A stretch of DNA of 64,000 nt. Source: Candidatus Limnocylindria bacterium (GTDB lineage Bacteria > Chloroflexota > Limnocylindria > QHBO01). The position numbers and the translations under genes are program-made. The notes under the pieces were generated by a model. That model was not told the DNA's origin. It saw only the letters and a program-made list of their open reading frames with translations, and searched no databases. Every line of letters begins with the position of its first letter. Positions within the stretch are counted from its first letter, which is position 1. This document shows positions 1 through 9,070 of the stretch, piece after piece. The stretch covers positions 13,373 to 77,372 of the forward strand of contig JBIOTW010000033.1 in the NCBI GenBank assembly GCA_044866355.1, in the 5' to 3' direction.

Positions 1-285
1 GTCGCGTATGACTACCGTGGATCGCCTCCAGCCGAGACCGTCGTTCGAGGTCCAAGCCGCCGGACCGTCGGCGTCGGCGCCGGTCATCACCAGCCGGCCA
101 TCCACAGCGGTGATCGCATCGAGGTTCGTGGCCGGGAACTGAACCACGGACCATTCCAGTGTGCCAGTGTCTGTAGGGACGGATGAGCGGTCCAGCAGGT
201 TGGTGAGGCCGATTGCCACGATGCCTCCGGCAGCGACCAGGCCGACCGTTGCCAACGTGGCGGCCCAGGGACGTGTTGTATTCAT
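1..285 (-). CDS. Secreted BNR/Asp-box repeat protein, N-terminal part only (runs off window start)
   Basis: Reverse-strand ATG at 283-285; my translation gives MNTTRPWAATLATVGLVAAGGIVAIGLTNLL... with a signal/TM segment and an S-x-D-G-x-x-W motif (TSNDGLGW), as in the 4806-6008 protein. Start is 4 nt downstream of the ZIP gene stop. Confidence 0.45.
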   Translation of the reverse strand, partial: MNTTRPWAATLATVGLVAAGGIVAIGLTNLLDRSSVPTDTGTLEWSVVQFPATNLDAITAVDGRLVMTGADADGPAAWTSNDGLGWRRSTVVIRD

Positions 286-288
286 CGG

Positions 289-1020
289 TCAGGAAGCCTT
301 TGACAGGAAGAAGGCGACAGAAAACCCGAGGACTGTGGCCAGGCCGGCGGCTTCGCCGCCGTCGGCGTATGCCTCAGGAACCATCGTGTCGGCCAGCATG
401 GTGAGGATCGCGCCCGCAGCAAAGGCCTGGAGGAAGGGGACTGCCGCGGACGTGCCCATCCCATCCAGAATCGCGTACCCAAGCGCGGCGGCGAGCCCGG
501 ACGAGGCCGCCACGCCCACCCAGAGCAAGATGATGAAATGCTTCGAGCGGCGCTCCTTCTTCAGGTCGGCCGCAGCGGCCAGCGCCTCAGGGAAGTTGGA
601 CACGGCGACGGCGGCGAGAAACGGAAGTCCCACGCCGGTTCCTGCCAACAGAGTCGATCCCAGGACGACGGACTCCGGGATGCCGTCCAGCAGTGCGCCC
701 AGGACAATCGCCGAACCGGTCTCGGCCGGGCCTTCACGCATGCGTTTGCGACGGTGAGAGATTGCCTGGGCGTGGAGCAGCTCGTCCCCGACGAAGAAGA
801 CGATGGCTCCGGCCGCCAACCCGATCGCCACTGATCCCGTTCCTCCGATTTCGAAGGCCTCTTCCGTCAGGTCGAACGCGAGCGCGCTGAACAGGGCTCC
901 GGCCCCAAAGCCGATGCCAAGCGCGACCAGCTGCCGGGGAATGTTCAGCAGGGTCCCGGCGATCGCGCCGAACACGAGGAACGAGGCGGCGATAAGCCCC
1001 CAGAATCCCGCCTCGATCAT
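289..1020 (-). CDS. ZIP family divalent metal (zinc) transporter
   Basis: 243 aa, multi-TM, Gly/Ala-rich helices with a His-containing loop (HAQAISHRRKRMREGP) typical of ZupT/ZIP; real ATG at 1018-1020. Confidence 0.75.
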   Translation of the reverse strand: MIEAGFWGLIAASFLVFGAIAGTLLNIPRQLVALGIGFGAGALFSALAFDLTEEAFEIGGTGSVAIGLAAGAIVFFVGDELLHAQAISHRRKRMREGPAETGSAIVLGALLDGIPESVVLGSTLLAGTGVGLPFLAAVAVSNFPEALAAAADLKKERRSKHFIILLWVGVAASSGLAAALGYAILDGMGTSAAVPFLQAFAAGAILTMLADTMVPEAYADGGEAAGLATVLGFSVAFFLSKAS

Positions 1021-1049
1021 CTGACTATCGGCGGAACCGAGAACATCGG

Positions 1050-1784
1050 TCAGTCATCCCCGAACGGATTCGGCCGGGTGGGCTTGGGAGGCAGGCGGAA
1101 CACCTCCTCCTCGCTCGGCCCCTTGGGTAGTGGAAGCGGCCAGGCGTCGTCGTCCGGTGGTCGCGCTTTCTCGAGCAGGTCGCCCCAGCCAACCTCCGCT
1201 CCCCCCGAAAGGTCGCGCCGATAGACGGGGTATCGGTCGTCTCCCGCGACCCGGGCGAAGCCCGCGGACTCGTAGACCGATGCCGGCCCGCCGGGTGGGA
1301 GCCACGGGTCAGCGGCGCGCTCGGGATAAACCTCGACCGCGATGACGCCACGCCGGTCCAGCTCCCCGCAGACCGCCTCCGCCAGCGCCTGACCGATGTC
1401 GAGCCGATCGCGAGCGTCGGGCACGATCTGCAGGCAGGTGACGACCCACGGGGCGGGTGACTGCGGCAGCTCCGGATACCGATCGCGAATGAGCTGGGCG
1501 CGCGGGTAGGCGCTCAACGGACCGAACTGCGAGTAGCCCACCACCGTCCCGTCTTCATCGGTGGCCAGCATCCCGTATGACCCTGCCAGGCGGGCCCCGG
1601 CCAGGAGCGCGGCACGTTTCGCGTCGCGCCGGGAAGCGGATTCCTTGCCCTCAGGATCCGCGTCGCGGCTGCCCTCGAGCCGATCCCAGTAGTCGCAGGT
1701 CTGGCAGCGTGCGCCGGGGCGGGCAGGGGCCGGGATCGCGTCGATGCTCGCCTCGTCGACGAGGGCAAAGGTGAGCTCAGGCAT
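1050..1784 (-). CDS. Hypothetical protein, possible GNAT-type acetyltransferase
   Basis: 244 aa ORF with ATG at 1782-1784, overlapping the hutH stop by 8 nt; C-terminal GVIAVEVYPE...PGGPASVYESAGF is GNAT-like. Weak call. Confidence 0.35.
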   Translation of the reverse strand: MPELTFALVDEASIDAIPAPARPGARCQTCDYWDRLEGSRDADPEGKESASRRDAKRAALLAGARLAGSYGMLATDEDGTVVGYSQFGPLSAYPRAQLIRDRYPELPQSPAPWVVTCLQIVPDARDRLDIGQALAEAVCGELDRRGVIAVEVYPERAADPWLPPGGPASVYESAGFARVAGDDRYPVYRRDLSGGAEVGWGDLLEKARPPDDDAWPLPLPKGPSEEEVFRLPPKPTRPNPFGDD

Positions 1785-3294
1785 CGGTCAGGAGTCCGCC
1801 GCCGCCGATCAGCCGGGCCACCGCCGCGATGTCCGGACCCGGCGGGCGATCCTCGGTCAGGGGGTCGACGATGGCTCGGACTGCGGCGTGGGCTGCCGCT
1901 ACCCCCCGACCGGGACGCAGCGGAGCGCGCAGGTCGAGGCCGCGCGACGCACACAACGCTTCGATGCCCAGCACCGTCGCCACTCGGTCCACGGTCTCCC
2001 GGAGGAGGAGCCCGGACGTGACGCCCATGCTGACGTGGTCCTCCTGGTTGGCGCTGGTGGGGATGGTGTCGACGCTCGCCGGGTGGGCGATCGTCTTCAG
2101 CTCGTTGACCAGCGCGGCCGCCGAATACTGGGCGATCATCAGGCCGCTCTCCAGGCCCGGCTCGGATGCTAGGAAGGCCGGCAGGCTGGACAGCCGCGCG
2201 TCGACGAGGCGGGCCGTCCGCCGCTCCGAGATCGTTGCCAGGGCAGTGAGTGCCACTCGCGCCTGGTCCAGGGCCAGGGCCAGCGGCTCGCCGTGAAAGT
2301 TCCCGCCGCTGATGACGCGTCCGTCGGGGAACACCAGCGGGTTGTCGGTGGCGGCGTTCATCTCCACTGCCAGCACGTCCTCCAGCGGGTGCAGGGCATC
2401 GCCCACCGCGCCGTGCACCTGCGGCATGCAGCGCAACGAGTACGGGTCCTGGAGGCGATGGGGACTGGACCGATGGCTGGCCCCGATCTCGCTGTCGGCC
2501 AACAGCAGGCGCAACCGCTTGGCCGATGCGACCTGGCCGGGATGGGGTCGAGCGCCGATGAGCGCCTCATCGAACGCCGACGCGGTCCCCAGCATGGCCT
2601 CCAGGCTCATGGCGCCCACGACGTCCGCGCTGGCCACCAACCGCCATGCGTCCGCCACCGCCAGGGCGCCCAGGGCGGCCATCAGCTGCGTCCCGTTCAG
2701 GAGGGCCAGGCCCTCCTTGGCCTCCAGCTCCATCGGCTCCAGGCCAGCCGATGCCAGCGCTTCGGCGCCGGGCTGTCGCCGGCCGCCGACGTGCGCCTCG
2801 CCTTCGCCGATGACGACCAGGGCCAGGTGGGCGAGGGGCGCGAGGTCGCCCGAGGCACCGACGCTGCCCCGGGACGGAACGACCGGATGGACGCCGGCAT
2901 TCAACATGGCGACCAGCAGGTCCCCCAGCTCCGGGCGCACGCCGGACAGCCCAACGGCCAGGGCATTCACTCGCAGCACGAGCATGGCCCGCACGACTTC
3001 CTCGGGGAGCGGCTCGCCCACCCCGGCCGCGTGGCTGCGGACGAGGTTGCGCTGGAGGGTGGTGGTCTGCTCGGGCGAGATCCGGACGTCGGCCAGGTCC
3101 CCAAAGCCGGTCGTGACGCCGTAGACGGTCTCACCGGATGCCACGACCCGATCGATCACGGCACGCGAGGCGCCCATCCGCTCCCGGGCCGCGTCGTCCA
3201 GCTCCACCGGCCGCTTTTCGCGTGCCACGGCGACCACGTCCGCGACCGTCAGGTCGCGACCGGTCAGCCGGAGCGGAGCTTGCACGGGTCCCAT
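1777..3294 (-). CDS. hutH: Histidine ammonia-lyase family enzyme (HAL/PAL aromatic amino acid lyase)
   Basis: Contains GSVGASGDLAPLAHLAL (the ASG triad that forms the MIO cofactor) and TGFGDLADVRI. The track ORF (676 aa) is over-extended; an in-frame ATG at 3292-3294 gives ~506 aa, the normal HAL length. Confidence 0.85.
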   Translation of the reverse strand: MGPVQAPLRLTGRDLTVADVVAVAREKRPVELDDAARERMGASRAVIDRVVASGETVYGVTTGFGDLADVRISPEQTTTLQRNLVRSHAAGVGEPLPEEVVRAMLVLRVNALAVGLSGVRPELGDLLVAMLNAGVHPVVPSRGSVGASGDLAPLAHLALVVIGEGEAHVGGRRQPGAEALASAGLEPMELEAKEGLALLNGTQLMAALGALAVADAWRLVASADVVGAMSLEAMLGTASAFDEALIGARPHPGQVASAKRLRLLLADSEIGASHRSSPHRLQDPYSLRCMPQVHGAVGDALHPLEDVLAVEMNAATDNPLVFPDGRVISGGNFHGEPLALALDQARVALTALATISERRTARLVDARLSSLPAFLASEPGLESGLMIAQYSAAALVNELKTIAHPASVDTIPTSANQEDHVSMGVTSGLLLRETVDRVATVLGIEALCASRGLDLRAPLRPGRGVAAAHAAVRAIVDPLTEDRPPGPDIAAVARLIGGGGLLTDA

Positions 3295-3400
3295 ACTACG
3301 GACGTGCGGAGAATCCCGGACCCGACCAGGCGCCTGGTCGCCAACGCGGACGCAAGGGACTGGCTGGGCGGCGCCGTTCCGAGCCCCGCGGCCGCTTTCA

Positions 3401-4083
3401 TGCTCTCCCTCATCCTCATGCCCACTCTCTTCTGGCTCATCGCCCTGAAGCGGACCACCGGCAACCTCGTCCTCGAGGAATGGGTGATGACACAGGGCGT
3501 GCAGCCTTTGCAGGCCTGGGTGGGCGCGAACCTGCCGTTGGTCGACATCGCGCTGACCGCCGTCAGCGCACTGGGGTCCGGATGGTTCGTGGGGCTTGGC
3601 TTCGCGTTCTGTGGGCTGCTGGCCCTGGCCAAAGGGCGCCGTGACCTCGCGCTTCTGCTGGCCTTCGGGACACTCGCGTTCCCGATGGAATGGGCCCTCA
3701 AGTTCTTCGTGGCCATCACACCCATATCGGTCCCCCAGCTGGTGGCAGCCATGTTCAACGTCAACGAGATCGGGCTGGATGACATCGCCGTCTTTCCCGC
3801 CGGACACGCGTTGCGGGCCACGGTCTTCTATGGCCTGGTCGCCTTCTGCATCGCCCGCCTGTCATCGGACCGGCGGCAGGGCCTGATCGCCTATGCCGTG
3901 GCGCTGGTGCTGATCGTGGCCATCGGTCTGGTCCGGATCTACCTCAACCTCCACTACCCGCTCGACGTGCTGGGTGGCTGGATCGCGGGAGCGGCCCTCC
4001 TGTCGGTGCTGGTGTCCGTCCACATCCTCGGGGTCGATGAGCGCATGAACGCCGCCCTGCGGCAGCGTGTGGCGGCGGCCTAG
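3401..4083 (+). CDS. PAP2 superfamily phosphatase (undecaprenyl-pyrophosphate/phosphatidic acid phosphatase type)
   Basis: C-terminal 227 aa of track ORF 2293-4083: six TM helices and PAP2 motifs KRTTGN, FPAGHALRATVFYG, HYPLDVLGGW. ATG near 3401; the upstream ORF portion is antisense to hutH and discarded. Start coordinate +/-1 nt uncertain. Confidence 0.75.
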
Positions 4084-4092
4084 CCTGCCCGC

Positions 4093-4773
4093 GTGCTGGA
4101 GTTCATCGACCAGACGGTCATCCCCTTCTTCCTGGGGCTGTACGACGCCATCGGCTACCTGGGCGTGGCAGTGGGGGTGGGCCTGGAGACCTTCGTCCCG
4201 ATCCTGCCGTCGGAAGTCATCGTTCCCATGGCGGGCTGGAAGGTTGCGCAGTCTGGAGCCGATCCGGCCATCGTCGAGTGGCTGACCAACGGGCCGTGGA
4301 CCTTCGTCGGCGTCATGGTGGCGGCCACCATCGGAGCAGGCGCCGGATCCCTGGCCGGATATCTGATCGGTGCCTGGGGTGGCCGACCCCTGTTGGACCG
4401 ATACGGCCGATACGTCCACATCTACCCCGACGACCTGGATCGCGCCGATGCCTGGTTCGAGCGCTACGGCGGGTGGGCCGTCTTCCTGGCCCGTTTCGTC
4501 CCGCTCCTGCGAGCGCTGATCAACTACCCCGCCGGAGTGGCCCGGATGCCGATTGGCCGGTTCCTGCTGTTCTCGATCCTGGGCTCGATTCCGTGGAACC
4601 TGGGGCTGGTCGGGGCTGGATGGGTGCTGGGCGAGAACTACGAGGCCCTGTTCGAGGCCACCCGGCCGTTCGAGCTCCTGATCTACGTCATCGTTGTGAT
4701 TGGTGTAGTCGTGATCCTCATCCGCTGGGCCCGCGGCCGAGGCTCGCCCGCGCGGCTTGACGAAGAGCGCTAG
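4093..4773 (+). CDS. DedA/TVP38/SNARE-associated family membrane protein
   Basis: 226 aa, GTG start 9 nt after the PAP2 stop; DedA signature (ETFVPILPSEVIVPMAGW...GYLIG...RFVPLLRALINYPAGVARMP). Confidence 0.8.
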   Translation: MLEFIDQTVIPFFLGLYDAIGYLGVAVGVGLETFVPILPSEVIVPMAGWKVAQSGADPAIVEWLTNGPWTFVGVMVAATIGAGAGSLAGYLIGAWGGRPLLDRYGRYVHIYPDDLDRADAWFERYGGWAVFLARFVPLLRALINYPAGVARMPIGRFLLFSILGSIPWNLGLVGAGWVLGENYEALFEATRPFELLIYVIVVIGVVVILIRWARGRGSPARLDEER

Positions 4774-4805
4774 CGTTCGATTCCGATTCGCTCAGGGATC
4801 GCTCA

Positions 4806-6008
4806 GTGGCCAGGTCCGGGATCTCGGCGCCAGTCCTGTTCCTCTTTCTGGTGGTCGTCGCGGTCGTGGTCGCGGGAATCCTGGGGCGGGCAACAGGTCC
4901 AGCGAGCCCACCCGCATCGACCGCGCCGTCGGCCACAAGCCTCGGCGCTGAACCCTCGCCGGCGATCCCGCCAGCCGCACCAGATCTTTCGTGGCGTTCG
5001 GAACCGTTCCCTGGTGGAGGAGTCACCGCCGCCGCTTTCCACGATGCTGTTTGGGTCACCTTGGGACCCGGTGAGGCCTGGGCCTCGATGAATGGCCAAC
5101 CTTGGCAACCAGGAAGCATCGGCGAGATCGAGCCGCCGGAACAGCACGGAGAAGTCCTCTGGGCCTGGGACATCGCTCGACATGCCGACGCATGGATTGC
5201 GGTCGCGGTCTGGGACGGCCCCGCAGATTCTCAGCGGCCCGTCATCTATCAGTCCACCGACGGTCTGGCCTGGAGTTGGGTCCCGTCGTCGGAATGGTGG
5301 GGATTTGGTTCTTTGGCCATCGCCTCGAACGATTCGCTCCTCGTCGCCACGAATTCGAATTTCGGGATGGGGCAGGGATCCGTTTTCGTCTCCGACGACA
5401 TCGTCGACTGGGATGAGCACGTTGCGCCTGGCGGACCGGCCGCGATGGTCGACGTAACAGCGAGCCCGGAGAGGTTCGTCGCCGTTGGTGGACGACTTGC
5501 TGAGGACGGGGGCCTGTGCCCCGTGGCGTGGCAGTCCGGCGACGGAGTGGAATGGGAAGAGTCGGATCCTATTCCCGCTCCCCCGGGAAGGGGGGCAAAG
5601 GCGATCGGTCGGGCGCGTTCGGGCAGCTACGCCATCGTCGGGACGGAAACGCTTATCCCTGAGGGTTGTTCGTCGAATCCGTGCCTGCTTGAGAGAGTGC
5701 TCGCCTGGAGTTCTGCGGACGGGCAGCAGTGGGAACCTGCTGCTTTTCCGGATACGTCCTTCGGATTCGGCACCTTCTACCGCATGGCAATCGTGCCGGT
5801 TGCTGATGGCCTGGTTGCAGCAACGGTCGGCGGAGAGCACGCGAGTGCGTGGATCACTTCCGACGGCACTGCGTGGGAAGATCTGGGCGTGCCCTTCCCC
5901 GACGGTTCTACGATCGAGGCGATCGCCTCGAGCGGCGACGAGCTCCGCATTTTCCTGGCCTCCGACGTCGGGCGGACCGTCCTGATCGGGACTACGTCTC
6001 CGCCTTGA
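4806..6008 (+). CDS. Secreted/membrane-anchored BNR (Asp-box) repeat beta-propeller protein
   Basis: 400 aa, N-terminal TM/signal, Pro/Ala-rich linker, then at least four S-x-D-G-x-x-W boxes (STDGLAWSW, QSGDGVEWE, SSADGQQWE, TSDGTAWED). The 1181-aa antisense ORF over this region is treated as artefact. Confidence 0.6.
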   Translation: MARSGISAPVLFLFLVVVAVVVAGILGRATGPASPPASTAPSATSLGAEPSPAIPPAAPDLSWRSEPFPGGGVTAAAFHDAVWVTLGPGEAWASMNGQPWQPGSIGEIEPPEQHGEVLWAWDIARHADAWIAVAVWDGPADSQRPVIYQSTDGLAWSWVPSSEWWGFGSLAIASNDSLLVATNSNFGMGQGSVFVSDDIVDWDEHVAPGGPAAMVDVTASPERFVAVGGRLAEDGGLCPVAWQSGDGVEWEESDPIPAPPGRGAKAIGRARSGSYAIVGTETLIPEGCSSNPCLLERVLAWSSADGQQWEPAAFPDTSFGFGTFYRMAIVPVADGLVAATVGGEHASAWITSDGTAWEDLGVPFPDGSTIEAIASSGDELRIFLASDVGRTVLIGTTSPP

Positions 6009-6387
6009 CCACGCGGGGCCCGTCAAAGGGTTTGACCGGCTGGTGGGGGAGTGGCACGATCGAACCCAACTGAACGAATCCATCGCCTTCGGGGCGGGGT
6101 GAAACTCCCCACCGGCGGTCGGTCCGCTCAAACGGACCAGCCCGCGAACCCCATAAGTCCGGCGGCCGCGGAGAGGCTCCCGGAGCACCTTGCGGGGCCG
6201 ACCTGACCCCGGCGTCACGCCGGGCAGACAGGGCCGACGGTCACAGTCCGGACGGGAGAGGGCGAGCACGAGGCGTTCCTCCGACGACCCGCGGACCAAT
6301 CGGCGCTGCGCGCCAGATTGGCGTCCGCGCGAACCAGGAGGCGTCAGCGGCTCCCACGTCCCCGTCGGAGATGGCGCAGGGAGACCG
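6009..6387 (+). promoter_or_regulatory. Long structured 5' leader of the ABC transporter operon (candidate riboswitch/attenuator)
   Basis: 379-nt non-coding gap with perfect hairpins GGTCCGctcaaaCGGACC (6121-6138) and GGGGtgaaactCCCC (6096-6110), plus a perfect GTCAAAgggTTTGAC palindrome just after the upstream stop. I could not match it to TPP, SAM, cobalamin or ykkC consensus by eye. Confidence 0.3.
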
Positions 6388-7236
6388 ATGGAGCACCCAA
6401 GCCAGCCGCGCGCAGCACAGCCTGGTCCGGCGATCACGATCGAAGACCTGGCGGTCAGCTTTCCGGCCCCAACTGGAACCCTGACCGCGCTCGAGGATTT
6501 CAACGGCCGGGTCGGGCAGGGCGAGCTCGTGGCTGTGATCGGGCCCAACGGATGCGGCAAGAGCACCCTCCTGCGGGCGATCGCCGGCCTGGTGCCGCCC
6601 AGCGCCGGGCGCATCGGTCTGGGCCGAGATGGCGCGCCAGCCCGGGCCGGTGATGGTCGAATCGGTCTCATCTTCCAGCAGCCCCGCCTGCTCGGTTGGC
6701 GCTCCGCCCTCGAGAACGTGGCACTCCCCCTGGAGCTGGCAGACACACCCCGGGCCGAGCGTCGGGAGGCTGCCGAACGCGGGCTGAGCCAGGTTGGACT
6801 CGCCGACGTCGGCGACCTGCGACCGCGGGAGTTGTCGGGCGGCATGCAGCAGCGCGTCGCCCTCGCCCGCTCCCTGGTCACCGATCCGCCGGTCCTGCTC
6901 CTGGACGAGCCGTTCAGCGCGCTCGACGCCCTGAGTCGCGAGGCGTTCGACGCACAGCTCGAATCGCTGTGGCTCGCCCAGCGGCGGACCGTCGTGCTCG
7001 TCACCCACTCTGTAGGAGAGGCCATCCAGCTCGCCGATCGGGTCTGGGTCATGACCCCGCGTCCGGGGCGGGTCGCGGCGGACGTCCCGGTTCCGCTCTC
7101 CCGGCCGCGACGGACGGGCGTGGCCGCCGATCCGGGCCTGGCCGCGGTCGAGGTCCGGGTACGCGAGGCATTGGCCGCGGTCCACGCCCCCGAGCTCTCC
7201 GGCTGGGCCGAGCCCGGGCGGGAGGCCGCGGCATGA
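6388..7236 (+). CDS. ABC transporter ATP-binding protein (NitT/TauT nitrate/sulfonate/bicarbonate type)
   Basis: Walker A GPNGCGKST, signature LSGGMQQRVALARSL, Walker B LLLDEPFSALD. Internal ATG at 6388 chosen; the 66 upstream codons are Arg-rich junk. Stop overlaps permease start (ATGA). Confidence 0.85.
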   Translation: MEHPSQPRAAQPGPAITIEDLAVSFPAPTGTLTALEDFNGRVGQGELVAVIGPNGCGKSTLLRAIAGLVPPSAGRIGLGRDGAPARAGDGRIGLIFQQPRLLGWRSALENVALPLELADTPRAERREAAERGLSQVGLADVGDLRPRELSGGMQQRVALARSLVTDPPVLLLDEPFSALDALSREAFDAQLESLWLAQRRTVVLVTHSVGEAIQLADRVWVMTPRPGRVAADVPVPLSRPRRTGVAADPGLAAVEVRVREALAAVHAPELSGWAEPGREAAA

Positions 7237-7985
7237 CGGCCATCCTTCGGCGCCTGGGCCTGCTCGCCCTGAGCGTCCTCGCCTTTCTGGCGCTGTGGAA
7301 GGCCGCGGTCATCATCGGCGGCTATCCCGAGTACATCCTCCCCGCTCCGGACGTCGTCGTGGCCCGGGCTGGTGAGGCTATCCAGAACGGGACGCTCCAG
7401 CCCCACCTGGCCGCCACCCTGGAAGAGGCGGTCATTGGCTTCGCTGCCGGGGCCCTGGTCGCCATCGGGGTGGGCATCCTGCTGGCCAAGAGCCTTACCG
7501 CGGAGCGCGTCCTGTCGCCCTACCTCGTCGCCGCCCAGGCCATCCCGATCCTGGCCCTGGCGCCCCTCGTCGACATCTGGTTCGGCAGCGGTCTCACGGC
7601 CCGTGTCGTGATCTGCGCCCTGATCGTGTTCTTCCCAATCGCCATCGCGACCATCGTCGGCATCCGATCCACCGACCCCCTGCTGGTCGAGATGGCCCGC
7701 GCCAACGGCGCTCGGCCCGCCCAGATCACGCGCCTGCTCGAGCTGCCTTCGGCGCTGCCCGTGCTCTTCGGCGGGCTCCGCGTGGGCGTCACCCTGGCCG
7801 TGGTGGGGGCCGTGGTGGCCGAGTGGGCCGGCGCCAGCATCGGTCTGGGCGTCCTCATCAACATCGCCGACCAGGGCCTGTTCGACACTCCGCTCATGTT
7901 CGTGGCCCTCGGCAGCCTGGCCGTGCTGGGCCTGACCTTCTACGGCCTCGTGCTCGTCGCAGAGCGCATGCTCATCCCCCGATGA
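7233..7985 (+). CDS. ABC transporter permease (BPD-transport fold)
   Basis: 250 aa from ATG 7233; six TM segments with an EAA-like loop (EMARANGARPAQITRLLELP). Upstream part of track ORF 6696-7985 overlaps the ATPase and is discarded. Confidence 0.85.
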   Translation: MTAILRRLGLLALSVLAFLALWKAAVIIGGYPEYILPAPDVVVARAGEAIQNGTLQPHLAATLEEAVIGFAAGALVAIGVGILLAKSLTAERVLSPYLVAAQAIPILALAPLVDIWFGSGLTARVVICALIVFFPIAIATIVGIRSTDPLLVEMARANGARPAQITRLLELPSALPVLFGGLRVGVTLAVVGAVVAEWAGASIGLGVLINIADQGLFDTPLMFVALGSLAVLGLTFYGLVLVAERMLIPR

Positions 7986-8002
7986 AGACCGAAAGGAAAC
8001 CG

Positions 8003-9070
8003 ATGCGATCGCGCTCCATCCCCCTGGCAGTCGCGCTGAGCCTGGCCGTTGCGGCCTGCAACCGAACCGCGCCCCCGAGCCAGACCGCCAGTCCCGAGTC
8101 GACCCCATCCGCATCCCCGTCAGGCGAGCTCCGGCAGGTGCGCCTCCTGCTCGGCTTCCGCCCCGACGTCCAGTTCGCGCCGTTTTATCTGGCCCAGCAG
8201 GACGGCTATTTCGAGCGAGCAGCGCCAGCCTTCGGGCTGGACGTGACCATCGACCACGCTGGCGCGGGCGAGCTGATTCGGCTGGTGGCCACCGGCGAAG
8301 CCGAGTTCGGGGTCGCGGACGCCACCGACGTGATGATCGCGAGGACAAGCGGGATCTCGATCAAGTACGTGGCGACCCTGTACCAGTTCTTTCCGGTGGC
8401 CATCATCGGTCCGGTGGGGACGGTGCCGACCGATCCAGCGGACCTGGCCGGCCTTCGGATCGGGACCCCTGGCCGGTTCGGTTCCTCGTGGCACGCGCTG
8501 CTTACCCTGCTTGCGGCCGGGGGGCTGACGGCCGACGACGTGACGATCCGCGAGTACCCGCAGTTCAACCAGGTCGAGGGCCTGCTGAACGGCGACGTCG
8601 ATTTCATCACCGGCTTTCGCAACAACGAGCCGATCCGATTGGCCGCGGAAGGGATGGAGACCGACCTACTCACCATCGACGACATCGCTCCACTCCCAGG
8701 GCCCGGCATCGTCGTCAGCGACGAACTGTTGAAGTCCGACTACGATATGGTCTCCGCGTTTGCCGTCGCGGTAATGAGCGCTCAGCAGGCGATCGAGCAC
8801 GACCCCCAGCTTGGTGTTCGCGCTGCCGTCGCGGCTGTTCCCACCATCGCCGAGGACGAGGCGACCGCGCTTGCCGTACTCGAAGCCACTATCCCGATCT
8901 GGCGTGGCGCCGAGGCCGGCATCTTCGGGAACATCAACGAGTCGGTGTGGCAGAGCGGCTACGAGTCAATGCGGAATCTCGGGTTCATCGATGGTTCGGT
9001 TCCCATGGACGAGATGATCGAGTTCGTTGGGCAGGCAAGCCTGACGCTCAACCGCCGACGAGGAATATGA
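8003..9070 (+). CDS. ABC substrate-binding lipoprotein, NMT1/THI5-like (SsuA/TauA/ThiY fold)
   Basis: ATG 8003 preceded by AAAGGAAA Shine-Dalgarno; lipoprotein signal MRSRSIPLAVALSLAVAAC with lipobox; periplasmic binding-protein body. An alternative ATG at 7982 overlaps the permease stop. Confidence 0.8.
   Translation: MRSRSIPLAVALSLAVAACNRTAPPSQTASPESTPSASPSGELRQVRLLLGFRPDVQFAPFYLAQQDGYFERAAPAFGLDVTIDHAGAGELIRLVATGEAEFGVADATDVMIARTSGISIKYVATLYQFFPVAIIGPVGTVPTDPADLAGLRIGTPGRFGSSWHALLTLLAAGGLTADDVTIREYPQFNQVEGLLNGDVDFITGFRNNEPIRLAAEGMETDLLTIDDIAPLPGPGIVVSDELLKSDYDMVSAFAVAVMSAQQAIEHDPQLGVRAAVAAVPTIAEDEATALAVLEATIPIWRGAEAGIFGNINESVWQSGYESMRNLGFIDGSVPMDEMIEFVGQASLTLNRRRGI

Noticed and set aside
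2293-3400. N-terminal 370 codons of track ORF 2293-4083
   Set aside because: Antisense to hutH; only the C-terminal PAP2 portion from the ATG near 3401 is credible.
6190-6387. Upstream 66 codons of the ABC ATPase ORF
   Set aside because: Arg-rich, no ATG; the internal ATG at 6388 gives a normal ATPase N-terminus. Region treated as leader instead.
4803-8348. 1181-aa ORF on the minus strand
   Set aside because: Arg/Gly/Pro-rich low-complexity translation, antisense to four well-supported plus-strand genes (BNR protein, ABC ATPase, permease, binding protein); typical GC-rich antisense artefact.
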